Assembly (NCBI GenBank): GCA_951804945.1
Contig: OX638149.1
Location: 90,520,001 to 90,584,000, forward strand
DNA from: Podarcis cretensis
Taxonomy: Eukaryota
Reading direction: 5' to 3'
DNA: 64,000 nucleotides
A program made the position numbers and the translations under genes. The notes beneath the pieces were generated by a model, which worked only from the letters and a program-made list of their open reading frames with translations, was not told the origin of the DNA and searched no databases. Positions 50,100-63,100 of the stretch are shown here, piece by piece. The first letter of the stretch is position 1; the number at the start of each line of letters is the position of its first letter.

Positions 50100-50535
50100 T
50101 TCTGGGGCTTGGTAGTCTAGAAAAAAGAAAATTAATGGGGAACATTTTGCAAGGTGTGGAGAAGCAGGATAGAGAGTACTGTGTGTACTCCCTCATCATA
50201 CTTGTGAGTACTCCCTCATCATACTTGGGATCACTTGACAATGTTGATGGGCAGAAGCCTTGGGACAGGTGGAGAATTATTAATACAAATTATTATTATT
50301 AAATACTTATTCATACAATACACCATTAATTTGAGAAACCAATCAAGACTAGTCCTTGATTGTTATATGAAACCTCCAGGTTTAAAGATAGGATATCTCT
50401 GAATATTAGCTACTGGGGAGCAACATTGGGAGGGGGCTAGGACCTGAATATACCGGTAGGTTTCCCATATTGGCTAATGGGAAACAGGATGCCTGACATG
50501 ATGGACTACTGGTCAGATCCAGCAAGGGTCTTCAT
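50100..50535 (+). mobile_element. Degenerate CR1-like LINE 3' fragment
   Basis: gggcttggtagtctagaaaaaagaa (LGLxSLEKR motif) and a retroposon-like tail. Confidence 0.5.
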
Positions 50536-51744
50536 ATGGAAGCTAAACAAAAATAGTTGCAGTTTCAATGTAAAATAATAGTGATTGCTAAAAGGGTTTT
50601 GGAATTCCCTTTTAATAGACTCTCTCAGTCTTGTGCATCAGAGCATATCTATCCTGCATCATGTTGCCTTTAGGTAGCATGTGGCTTTGTAAGAGCACTT
50701 ACACAGTGCCTGTATCTTCTTTGCTCCTATATATTCTAGTTCAATATATAGGCAGTTCAGTTAGCTTTGTGCCACTTCCATTGTAGTGTTTCAACAAGAA
50801 GACTCTATAATGACTTCTCTGAAGAGGCCTATTAGGAATAGTGCCATCTTGGACAATGGCTAGTCAAGTTGTTTAGTGCAGAGATCCGTACTGGAAACCT
50901 TTTGAGAGCAACACTTGGATGTGATTTTACTTATCCTATATTGGCAATATGTAAGTTTCAATCAATGGTGGCAAGTGGCATATGCTCTTAAAGCCCTTGT
51001 AGACTAAAAGGAAATGTGACGTGTGTTCATTCATACACTGGGAGGCAGAATGGGCAGCTTTAATGATGTGCATAATATTCCTTTCTACCTGTGCCACTGC
51101 CATTTCCCTCATACTCCACTATGTAGATAAATAATATACATTTGGGTCAGCATGAAAATGACAAGCCCAGAAGAAAGCCTTATCTATTTCATTAATGGGC
51201 AGTGGTATTGTTATTATTATTATTACTATTATTATTATTATTATTCTGCTAAAAAAGAATAATCATTATTGTTTATACCCCCATCGATTTGCATATTTTA
51301 TTCTTCTGAAGAAAAGAAATGTTGGTAGCATCAACAAAGATTTCCCTGATCTTATCAGTTTCCCCAGAGATGTGGGGAAGGGGGCAGCCATGGTGTGGCT
51401 GCCCAAAGTCATGGGGAAAAAGGAGGAAGGAAAAAATGTACTTCAGTTGCAAAGCTTCTGTTCATAGATGAAAGGGGGGGAAAGGCAGGAAGACAGAAAT
51501 ATGATCTGTATATCCACCATCCTTCAAGGCAATCGTTTTTTGAAACTTCATGTAAATGCATTGAAAACTGCACTTCTATCTTTAACAAATGAATGCAAAT
51601 GGTAGGAGAGAAGCCAAAAATCACTTTAAATAGCATTTTGGAACTGTTCACCTCAGTAGGTGAACCTTTCAGCATGTCAGGTCCTCTGTTCCATAGGCTC
51701 CATTATCAATCTTTTTTTGTTTTAATCTCTGATAAATGTTTCTT

Positions 51745-52058
51745 AGCTTGCATTCACACGGCAGTTTATTTTGTTTTCCTGACATTTCCCTAACATAAAT
51801 TTCTGCCTTATATTCCAGCTTTCACACAACGTTAAAGACACTTCCAGAAACAGAGTGGAATGTAGCTTGAGTTTAGTGCTCATTTCTGCGTTATTTGCAA
51901 ATGGTTTTCTTCTTCTTCTAGAAATGAGTGCTAAACTTGTGTTATAGTCTGCTTTATTTCTGGAAACGGTTTTAATGTCACCTGAAAGTTAAAATATATG
52001 GCAGAAATCAACTAGGAAACACAGGGAAAATATAATAAACTGCTGTGTGAATGCAGCC
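51745..52058. mobile_element. Old fold-back MITE, PIF/Harbinger-like
   Basis: tgcattcacacggcagtttatt / taaactgctgtgtgaatgca and agtttagtgctcatttct / agaaatgagtgctaaact arms; TTA-like flanks. Confidence 0.65.
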
Positions 52059-52802
52059 TTACTGTAAGATTGAGATGCATGTAATCCTATTGATTAACTG
52101 CTGAGAGGTAGGAAATTGGATGGGTTCTTACTAGTCTCTTCTTCAGTGGCCAGGTGGTGGCAGTCTTTGATAACATTGATTCTCACTATATGCTGCTAAC
52201 TCTGCACAGCCTTATGTGGTATAACTGATCGGCAGGGTGTATGCCATCTTCATATCTGATCTGATGGTCTATTATTTTAACTGCTGCTGACTTAGAACGG
52301 TGAACTTGGTGACCAGTTGACCCTGGTCCAAAAGGCAGCTTCTGTTGTTCTGTTGTCATAAGGGTCTGCTGTTATTAGGAAGCGCACTGCCAGATTTCAT
52401 CAGACTTTCCTTTCCAAGTCCTGCAACCAGGAATTTTCTCAGCCACGTTCAAACGTTTTACTCAAGGTGAAGTGCGTCAGTTTTTGAAGCTATGCAACTG
52501 TATGAAGAGATACAGCAGTTTTTCGCAGCCATAAAAGAAACAGTAGAAACTATGCAATTATGCGGAAGCTAGAACCTTCTGGGCACACTGTTGGCTTATT
52601 TGGCAAAAGACAGGGTCAGCACTGGAAAACTTGAGAACATGAGGTTGTTTTCAAATGTGAGGTTTTTAAATAGGTCTTGCTTCAAGCTGCTTTGTAATGC
52701 AAATTCAAAACCTTTATTAGCTGGATCATTTTCATAACCCAAGCTGCGCTTCAAAACCCCCAAACATACACCCCCAAATGAAGATATACAGGATTTTAGT
52801 TT

Positions 52803-53620
52803 AAGTTATTGGCAAAATTTAGGCCACAACTTTATTAAATACAGAATGTGAGTGGTACTGGCTTAGGCATTGGATTCACCCGACTATATCAGACTCCCAT
52901 CTGCTTCACAGGGAATCTGATAAAAGGGTGAAACACGGCCAGAGGGAGCCCCGCCAGTGAGGACCGACTTGAGCTCCCCCGGTGTCTCCGTGGGGTCCTG
53001 GTATGGCCCTAGCTCCTACCACGGGGTTTCGAACAAGACCCAGGCCAACCACTGATTCCTTTAATGGGATACCCTTAACCTTGGAGGGGCAGGTGATGGC
53101 CACCCCCCTCCCCACATATTACTGATCCAATGCCTAACTGCCAGACTTTACAAAGTTGTGACAATTGCTACGTGGTAGGCAAAAACCAAATGGCCATGCC
53201 AATCTGCCAAATGGAAAAATTCCTACCAGGCCCCTGTTGCAAAACAGGTGACCAACAAAGTCCACAGCAAGGCCAAGTGCACCAAGATAAAGGGCAGCGG
53301 GTGGGCATTCCTCTGCGCGAAGGCAATGAGGACCAGCAAACAACACGCAGGGCATAAATAAAGTTTTGCAACCACCCCCTAAGCCAAGCCATTGGCTTTA
53401 GGGTCCAGGAAACATGCAAAACGACCATAGCCCTGCCCACCCCAGCAGATGGGAGATGCTCGGAGGCCCGATCGCAATGCGTACCCTCCATGAAGAGGAT
53501 CTGATTTAACGCAAATAGTGCAGGAAACCCCTCAAAGGTGCGCCTCCTTTAAATTTGACTCATGAAAAATATCTGAGATGGGTGAGACTGACCCACATAG
53601 CGCAACCACAAAGACTTAAT
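52803..53620 (-). mobile_element. GC-rich interspersed repeat, possibly the terminal part of a DIRS/Ngaro-like or LTR element
   Basis: Abrupt GC/CpG rise; minus-strand AATAAAGTTGTGGCC near the end; family assignment is from memory only. Confidence 0.4.
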
Positions 53621-53909
53621 AAGCAGCCAACTCTATGAGCTCCAGGCTACGTTCCAGCCCAGGGTCATTTACTCTTCCTCAAAGTGGTGCAGCTTGGATC
53701 TGTGCCAGCACATGGACTTGGGATACCCAACTGGTGCCGATACCTGACTGTTTTAAGAGTGTGGGTGCTGCAGTCCAGCTCAGGACTCAGACTCCGCTCA
53801 GCACTGAGCTGCAGATGCTCATAATTCTGGCAAGGCCTAAAGATGTGGCAGGTCATGCTCTCCTGGGCATGCTGGGGTTCCAGGAGTTTAACTGGCTTTT
53901 GTGTTGCAG

Positions 53910-54011
53910 CCCACAGAAGCCGCTCCTGCTGGTGCTGAGGCAGCTGGCAAAGAAGCAGCAGCAGCTGGAGCTGAAGCAGCTAAAACCGAAACTGACTCAG
54001 GATCTGCCTCA
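53910..54011 (+). CDS. BIN1: BIN1 exon 17 (Ala-rich, Myc-binding region): PTEAAPAGAEAAGKEAAAAGAEAAKTETDSGSAS
   Basis: gttgcag|CCCACA...GCCTCA|gtaaga, 102 nt, phase 0-0; position and composition fit. Confidence 0.85.
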
Positions 54012-55022
54012 GTAAGACCATAGGCAAGGGAGAGGGGTGGTGGTGGTGGGATCTCTTTCTCCCATGTTGCTGGCACACAATATATAATCACTGTTTCACT
54101 TAACTCAGTCAGATGGGAGCCCGTCAAAGCGACACTGTTGTAGCTTCTGTTCTTCAAGTAGTACAGAATCCTTGATGGAGGGGCCCAATTTGCTGGGTTG
54201 TGACTGTTGAACAAAGCCCTTTAATTATCTGCAGGTGGTCTTCCAGAAGAAAAATGTCCCCTTTGATGCAAACAGCTAAGCATGTAGCAGCAGCAGTTGC
54301 AAGTGGTCTGAGTCAGAAAGAATATCTCCACTGTTCTCCCCAGTCCCAGTTAATCACCACCCTGGCTCTTTCATGTCATCCAACAGCCTTTGTTGCTCTG
54401 ACAGATCCCTCCAGGCAAACCATGAAGGCTAAAAGCACAGAACCCTTTCTCATTTCCCCTCCCTAAGTTTTGATTCCACTTTCTCACCATGTCTGCCTCT
54501 GCTAAGAAATTTGGCCAGAGGCATCAAATTTGTTGCTCTTACAAGGTCACTGAGTTGTTAGTTCTTGTGCATGAAAATGATGCTGAGGACGTAGAGGTCA
54601 GAGGCCACCAAGAAGAAGACAGGTAGCAATTTCAGATCAAGGAAAGGAAAAAAAAAAAGATTTAGAAGAACTTCTGCCTCTTACTATGAACCTATATCTC
54701 CTCTCACCCTTGTGACAGACACCTGCTGTGTGTTCCATAATCTTTATACCACCCTAATTTTCCCTCTAATATTTGCCACCGTCTGTGATTCCCTTTTTAA
54801 AATTCCCATCTTGTCATGAGTCATTCTCTTCACCTTAATGGCTACTCTGGGCCATAAATTGTAACATCCACGTGGTGGAGGAAAAACACACAATGCATTG
54901 GCGATGAATTTTTGAATAATGGGGTGAACCAGTTTAGTGCAGTGGGGTCTCATTTTGCCAAGTGTCTTGTTTCAAGTGTTCCTTCTTGTGTTTTCTTTGC
55001 CTCCCTTCACTGCTATGCTTAG

Positions 55023-55133
55023 AGCTCTCTGCCTGCTGTAGTTGTGGAGACCTTCCCAGCCACAGTCAATGGAACAGTTGAAAGTGGAGCCGCTTCTGAA
55101 AGGGCTGACATGCCACCAGGTTTCCTTTTTAAG
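55023..55133 (+). CDS. BIN1: BIN1 exon 18: [37 protein letters not shown]
   Basis: tgcttag|AGCTCT...TTTAAG|gtgagt, 111 nt. Confidence 0.96.
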
Positions 55134-55817
55134 GTGAGTGTGAGGAAGAACATTTACCTCAGCTGAGCACACATTCCACACCATTGTCCATTAAAATGAA
55201 TTTGTGTTTCCTTGTCAGTTAAGTGAAGAGTAAGGGCAAGCCAAAGGGGGAAGAGACAGGATCAAGCATCATTTAGTGCATCGAGAAACCTTGTGCACCA
55301 TAGTATGGGTGGCTTCCAACAAGTTAGGATCTGTTGTTTCCTCAATAGCCTTCATAGTAGCATAGAGAACTGTCACAAAAGATACATGAGCTGGACCATT
55401 TCTGCCCCCTTATAATTCAAGCACTGTCCCAGGCATCTCTTTTTCTAACTTATTTGGTGAAATAGCCAAAAGAAAACAACCAGTTGTGTCTCCCCTCCTT
55501 TACACCCTTCGGAGAGAATCATCCTACCATAGAGCTTCCCTGGTTCAAATTTATTTTATTTTTATTTATTAAATGTCTATAATGTCATTTGTTTTAAGGA
55601 TCACAGTGGGGCTTACAATATAAAAACACAGAAATACAAAACATATTAGCAAACAAAACAGTAACTTTGCAGGACAAGAGGAGGTGGGATAGCGGATAGA
55701 TAATCATGTTTTCACTTGTTGGTTTGGGTAAAAGTGGACAGGAGCTGTATGCATCACCCCTTCTTCATGAAATGGAGCAAGCTCTCTCCCTTCACTGGAG
55801 TCATTATTTCTTTGCAG

Positions 55818-55919
55818 GCACAAGCCATGCATGACTATGCAGCCACTGACAGTGATGAGCTACAACTGAAGGCTGGAGATGTTGTCCTGGTGATTCCATT
55901 TGACAACCCAGAGGAGCAG
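55818..55919 (+). CDS. BIN1: BIN1 exon 19 (SH3): [34 protein letters not shown]
   Basis: tttgcag|GCACAA...GAGCAG|gtaagg, 102 nt. Confidence 0.97.
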
Positions 55920-57527
55920 GTAAGGAGAGCATGTGGGATTTATCATCTTTTTTTGCTTCACACACCAGTGTCATATAGTATGTAGAACACTGGATCTGAA
56001 CCAGAAAGACTTTGTTTGAAAATCCCGTTTTCCTGTGTGTGTGACCTTAAAGCTGCCAGCAGATGAATGGAGATGATGTCTTGCAAAACCAGAATCTCTG
56101 AAGTAACTGTCTGCTTGATTCTTTGAAATGATTAGTATAGAGCAGGGGTGGCCAACCTGCTGCCCACAAGCCAGCTGAAGCCTACAAAGCTGTGTGAAAG
56201 GCCCTGCTAGCTCCTTACAAAGGCACCTCTTCCTTACTTTTCAAACCTCTCCTCTGGTAGGCTCCAATCAGCACAAAGGGTGAGAAGAGTTATTCTCAGG
56301 GGCTAAATTATGTTGTGATTGGGTGGTTCCTGGGTGCTGGAGAGTGGGACTCTGCCACAAAAATAGTAGTGGGTCTTCAATCCCTCACAACCCTATGTGC
56401 CTCTTGTGTGTCACCATCACTAGCAGATCAGATCACTCTAGAAACTGGAAGCATTCAGTCCTGTTTCCTGAGTGCCTTATGCAAACAATTGACATTTTCT
56501 TATGCAAGGCCTCAATAGCCTTTAGATACTCTTGATGCAAGAGCCACTTTGTACCTCATGAGCGGAAATGACCAAGATGTAATCATATTCAGTTTTTCAC
56601 AATAACAGCTTCCTAGGAGATGCCATAGTGTTGAGAGAGAGAGAGAGTTTTATTTTGTTCATAGACAAGCTCTCTTCCTAAAGTGATAACGTATTAGGAA
56701 TATCTCTTCTTAGCAAATAGCACCTTTAAAAATGTCTTCTCTTCTCTATTGTAGTTAGCTCCTAAGTGACTTTAGAGCAGGAGTGGGGAACTAGATTTAG
56801 GCAGCAGGCTGGATCCCTAATTCCCCCATCCTCTGTGGGTCAACGTTGACAGGTGGGCAGGACCTTACATGTGCAGCTAACTACCTTCATCTTCAGATAA
56901 GGCTTGAATTTGTCAAATGCAAATTTCAAGACAGGCAAAAAACCAAAATCAATGGAGCTTAGGAAAGATAATAGGCCATATTAAGCTCTGCTGTTCTGCT
57001 CACGCAACAGACTTCTGCTTGAACACTCTTTGTACATCATTGAATCTACTCCAGAGAATTGTGGGAACCTCCAGAGCAGATTTTGGGTGCTCCTAGAGGG
57101 AAGAGGAAGTCCTATTGCATAAACGGAACTCTGCTTGCACAGCATTGGATACAACCCAGTGTATCCAGAAACAATAACAGAATCTTACAGCGCCCTAAAG
57201 ACTAGCAAATGTACTGTGCTGTTACCTCTCATGACCTAGAGTTCACTTCTTCAGAAGCATGGAGTGTTGTCCTCAGCTGACAGGTATATATACCCATGAG
57301 GAGGAAAATGTGCAAAGTTCAATGAAAGCTCAAGTGTATGCAAAAGCAGCACAGTGATTCTTCAAAACCACAATAATAGATGATAACAAACTTATCACCA
57401 ATAAATAACTGATTGCCTTATTTGCACAAGGTTGTGATCAGTGACCTAAGAATCCTAGGCTGCCCTCCTGCTTGTTTTTCACTCTGTACAAACCTTTTGT
57501 CTGCCTTTCCCTTTCTCTCCCTGGCAG

Positions 57528-57635
57528 GATGAAGGATGGCTGATGGGTGTGAAAGAATCCGATTGGCTTCAGCACAAAGAACTTGACCAATGCCGAGGAG
57601 TTTTCCCAGAGAATTTCACGGAGCGGGTGCAGTGA
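57528..57635 (+). CDS. BIN1: BIN1 exon 20 coding part (SH3): [35 protein letters not shown]
   Basis: ctggcag|GATGAA...CAGTGA, stop TGA at 57633-57635. Confidence 0.97.
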   Translation, partial: DEGWLMGVKESDWLQHKELDQCRGVFPENFTERVQ

Positions 57636-58480
57636 GGTCCTGAGGCTTCTAGGTGGCTTCTCTGCATTGAGAAAGCAGAGGTGTTTCCTCTCTCCCTCTT
57701 GCCCTGGGGAAAGTCTAAAAGTAATAGAGAGAATTTTAAAGGGAAGAGAAGCCTAAAGTTTGGATTCTTCACAGAAAACAAGCTTTTAGAAGTACATTGA
57801 ATTCAAAGTGTTGTTATCAAATATATAGGTAATAAAGAAAGACAGGTTGAAAAACAACAACAACTTTCCCCCCCTTTTAATTTGAACAGTGTTGGTGTTC
57901 AGGAGGTTTGCCACCAAAGTGGCTGCGTCGTTTTGTGTGAGTTGGACTTAGGGTAACTCCAGCATCATAAGCCTCAAAATACTAACTGCTCCATTACTCT
58001 GAAATGACATACTCTTAAGTTTACCTTGTGGGAAGGTGCAGTCAACCTGTCTTGTGTCTGAGGCTGCTTATATGGCATCCCCTACATTTCAGACCCTGCA
58101 CATTATTCACACCTGCTGCCATAAGCCCAATGCCTGTCATGCTGTTGAAAAGAAATATTTAGTGTACAGTGTTCACAAATTATGATTATATATATGTGTG
58201 TGTGTGCGCGTGTGTGTGCGTGTGTGTTTGTTCATCCTTGGGGGGGATGCAACAAGAACTGTGATCTTCTACATATAATGCAAACAAAATTACCTGCAGA
58301 TGCACATCAGAAAGAAAAAGGAGGAAGTGACGCCTGATCCAAAGCTCCTTTCATATATGTGTTTTGATATAGTATATTGGCACTTCCTTTTCTTTGAAAA
58401 AAGATACTGTAAAAGTATAAATATGACTTCATTTGATTTTTTAATTATTATTAAATAACCCACTCTGTTGCTGTTTTGTT
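57636..58480 (+). other. BIN1: Probable BIN1 3' UTR (end uncertain)
   Basis: AATAAA at 57831; ATTAAA at 58450 followed by a GT-rich tract; further AATAAA at 59495, 59957, 61139 and 61163. Confidence 0.5.
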
Positions 58481-59142
58481 AAACTGAGTTTGGAATGGGC
58501 ATCTAAAATCATTTTACTGCATTTGAAAGGCTAGGGTGGAGAGAGAGGGCGCTGTAAAATACTAACATAGGGAAAGACATTTACAGTTTTTGTTTCTTCC
58601 ATATTTTGGAGAACTCTGCAGGCAACCGCACATCCCTCACCCCCCCATTCATTTGTTTTATCTCACCTGCAGTTTGTGAACAGCCTGAACAGCTTGAACT
58701 TAGAAGTTTTGAGCGGCTGCAGCTGTGTGTAGTAACTTGCACTGATGTCTGCCCTACGCTTGGCAAATCCAAGCAGCTGTGTCACCTACCAGTTGCTGCT
58801 CCATAATAAGAAGTTAATACCAGTCCATACAGTTTTACTAGTGTGGCTGGCTCTGGAGAACGGAGGCCTTCTGGGCAGCCACAAAGATAAAGAAGATCCA
58901 GTGCTACACCTGCCATGTCTCTGATACCTGTGCTGTGCACTAGCAATCTTGACACTGGAGGCAAGTAACACGCCCTTTTGCTGTTGCAGCCTCCTACCAC
59001 TTCTTGCAGAATCATTGTTTGTGGAAAGCAAACTGCTGGCACAGCAGTTATTGCACTCCACCCATCCTAAACATGTATTTCCCAGTGCAATGGCTCATAG
59101 GATTATGGTGGGAAAAGAAAATATATTAATGCATGATTTTTT

Positions 59143-59145
<3 letters not shown>

Positions 59146-59183
<38 letters not shown>
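59146..59183. repeat. (CA)n microsatellite
   Basis: direct reading. Confidence 0.95.
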
Positions 59184-59185
<2 letters not shown>

Positions 59186-60141
59186 GATTGAACTTTCTTA
59201 TTTTTAAACCTTTGCAACATAACCTGCCAGCATGGTACTTTTTCAATTTTTATTTTAGGAAACCCTGTTCCTCAGAAGGCTGCCATGAGTTTTTCAGGGG
59301 GAAGGCCTATAACAAGAGGGCCAATGTCAGCTTGCCCACAATTAGAGTGCGGAGCTGGGTGTTGTCTAGGGTGCACTCTCAGTTCATGCCAGGCCAAGTG
59401 CACTGTTGAATTGGATGTGCACCCTAGAACGTGCCCTGGACCCCCCTTTTTTGCAAGGCCATGGGCTTACAGAGCATATATGCAGGGGTAGCCGAATAAA
59501 AGGTAGAAAAAGTTTCTGCATGGTAGACAGTTGGAAAACCACTCCTGCCGTTTATACAGTTGACCTCATATTGCCTCCATTGCTCCTGTTTTGTTTTGTT
59601 ATGTGTATTGCTAAGTTGCTAGGCAGTTTTTATTGTTAACAGTCCTCTACATATTAGTGGCAACAAGTTGGTTTTCTCCCGATACAACTGAATCCTGCAG
59701 TGTTACTTGAATAGCTGACACAGCTACTGAGCTCTTCACATCCTTTTATGACTGGGTTCATTTACTTCCAAGTTCTACTTTGGATTTTTTTTCTATTTTT
59801 TTTTCTTATTTGCCTTGAAGGGATTGCTTTAGAACAGGCTACCTCCTCCTGCACTGGAATACATTGGAATCTGTTGTATTGACTAATCTTATAAAAGATA
59901 AACTGCTTTTAGCAAAGCATGGTATGCTAAGTTACACTACTTTATATATATATAAAAATAAAAGTAAAAAAATCAGACCAGCTTAGCTTATATAATCAGA
60001 GGGTGTGTGACAGAATTCAGGTGCAAAGCTTTCTTTCACCCAGTAAAAAGTGAATGGTCCAATTTTGCATTGTGGATATAAATCATTATCCAGAATTGCT
60101 GCACAGCCAAGAGTGCACACAAAAACCCCCAAGGATATGGG

Positions 60142-60143
<2 letters not shown>

Positions 60144-60183
<40 letters not shown>
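60144..60183. repeat. (GT)n microsatellite
   Basis: direct reading. Confidence 0.95.
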
Positions 60184-60184
<1 letters not shown>

Positions 60185-63100
60185 GTAGATTAGTCACAAC
60201 TGCATATGCAGTTACAACCACTTTATCTGTGTCTCATGGAATTATTCTTCATAACAGTGTTTTGAATCTTTTTTTTTTTAATGGCTCAGTGGGTCTTAAC
60301 CCTCCACCCCAACACATTCTAGATTTTGTGATGCTCCCTTCCTTCAGCCAAAGTTGCATTGTTTAAATTCCTCTGTATTCCAGAGCTGCTGTCTGTTAAA
60401 ACTAGTCCACCACAAGGTTGTACGTTGCTGTGTTGTTGATGGTTGCAGTAGCATATCCCAATTCTTGCATCATTTACAGCCTCTCCTAAAAAACTCTATA
60501 TATTTTTATGCATTTGTAAAACAAGTTGTCCTCCTTTGAAGGGCAATATTGGAAGGCATATCTAAAGGAATATCAATTTTAAAAATACGTTTATCCTGTA
60601 AGGAAGGTCTCATTGTAAAATCTATTTTTATGAAGAAACAAGGGGGGGAACCCCAACCCTGTGGATTTTATTTTAAAAAGATAATTGCCAGATTCATGGT
60701 GTAACATTTAGGCTGTGATCCTGTACTCACTTACCTGGAAGTACGCCTCATTGAATTCAATGGAACCTACTTTTAAGTAAACGTGTAGGATTATACTGCT
60801 AAACTGCTTCTGTAGCTGCTAGTGCATAGGTATTTGTGTAGACTTCTAATCATTGTCTCTTTTTGTTTGGTCTTTGTGTTTTGATTTTTCAGGCAAGTAT
60901 TGCAAAAACGTTTCTGATCAGCTTTTCATTTTGTTGTGGAAAAACAGCCATCCAGTACTGTATTATGTCTTTAATGATGCTTTATTCTGAAGCTGTACAA
61001 AATGGTATAGCTCTTAGCCTTTAAAAGAACGGTTGATAAGCTTGTAGTTTTCAGGTCTTATTAAATATTCTTCAGTTGCTGCAACAGGGAAAGGGGTCTG
61101 TCTCACTGATCACTATTTGCTCCTGAAGAAATCTGCTCAATAAAGGGGGAGTTATTCAACTAAATAAAAACCATATGGCCTGGATCTTCTACAAGATATA
61201 CTGTACACACAATGCTCAGCAATGTTACTAAATGGTTGTGGACAGCAGGTACCCTGAAAGAAAAGGCAGATAGATTTGCCCAGTGTAAACAGGCAACTAG
61301 TGAATGACCCATTTGTTTTAAAGATTGGGGAAAACTAGACAAATCCTGACTGTTCAAAAATATCTGCAGATAGGGTATATCCAAAATATGTATTGGATTG
61401 CATCCAATAAAATTGTCCATTGGTGCAAGGGTTGCTGCTTGAGCAGTGGAACATCTCCTCCCTCTCTTTCAGCACAACTTCAGATCTGCTCCAGAGGGTT
61501 GAGGGGAAACCCCAGAACAGGTTTGTTGGGGTTTTTTTGGCAGAGGGGGAAGGAAGTCCCATTGTTCTTCTGAGACTCTTTATACTAACTGGGCAACTTC
61601 ATTGGAGATAACCCATAGGTGTCATATCAGTTAAATTGTTACAGCCTGCCCAAACCATCCAAAATACATAATTTCTTGAGGATGCTGCAAATTCTGTCTG
61701 AGAGATTCCCAGTGCCCTCCCTCCAGAACTACGGGTCCTACAATTCCCTAGAGAGAAGGAATTCCTATTAAACTGGTCTAAGGGACTCTGTAGTGTAAAT
61801 ATGCCCTAGGAAGAGGACAGTTCATGGGCTACTTCCAAATGTGATGCAACTCCAGAAAAGAAAATGTTTTATGTGCCTTATCATAATCCCTAGAAGAGGG
61901 GGTAGCCACTCTGGTGCCCTCCAGATGTTGCAGCCAGAGAAGATGCCAAGTGGAGTCCAAAAGCATATTGAGGGCACCACAATGGAAAAATATACCATGC
62001 ATTTGTTTTAAGAAGAATTCTTAAAGGTATCAGCAGCCTTCCACCAAAGCAGGTGGGGGGAGGAAGATGAAGTCTTGTTGTGCAGGTGCAAGTCATTGCA
62101 AGAATGGTACCAATCCATTGGCTACAACCCAATGCTTTGAATCAATTACAAACATTCCCTGCCCCTGCTATCAACATTTTCCTCCCACCTTGGTTAAAAG
62201 TTGGATGTGCAGCTTGCTCTTACTTATAAGGTTGCTTTACACACGGTACTTTTCCTAGATATGATATCCTTTTGATGGATGAAATTACATGGAGGAAACA
62301 TACATCTTTTTGGCTATTTGTGTAAATTCTGGGAGGCCACAATTTGTATCCGATTAGCATGAAGTAATAGACACATCTGCTTCAAAAATGATGGTGTGAA
62401 CGGGTAGTTTCTAACACAGAAATGATGCCAATATAAGAAGCTTGGTTTGTTATGTTTGGTCATGTGTTTCTGTTCAGTTTGGAAGTGTCATCAGAAGGCA
62501 TTGCCATTTATTAAAAAAACAAAACCTTTTTTTTTAATTAAAAAAAGTTTAGCTTTATTTTGGTCTGAGATGCTTAGAGGTAGGCACACACTCAGCAAAT
62601 GATGCTTCTTCCTACGCACGGTGTCTTAGAAACAAAATGCAGTGTGGAAATTTTATCTGGGCTTAGGCAAAGAAGCAGGAATTGTGTTTTCATTATTTTA
62701 AGCATCCCAGCATGAAATATATCCTTGCTTGCCTCACCTACCAAAAGGTGATGCACACAGCACTGATGGGCAGTACTGAACTGTTTCCTGTTCCATAGCA
62801 GGATAATTTATTTACTGTAAATCAGTAAGGGGTGGGCATGAGGAGAAGAGTTTAGCAGTTACTACCTATGGTAGAGGATGGTGAGAAGCTCCCTTATGGA
62901 CCCCACTATTCATTCACATCCCAGAAGTGATTATTGGCAGGATTTAGCTTTTAGAATGCATGGACTGCTATGTTCACAACATGCCCTATTCAGATGTGCT
63001 GAAATGAGAAAAGAAAAATGAGAGAGGCAATATACTTTCAGTTTGCTAGTCTCTGGGCTCATTCTTAATTTGCAAGCAACTCACTATGGCTCCTTTGTAC

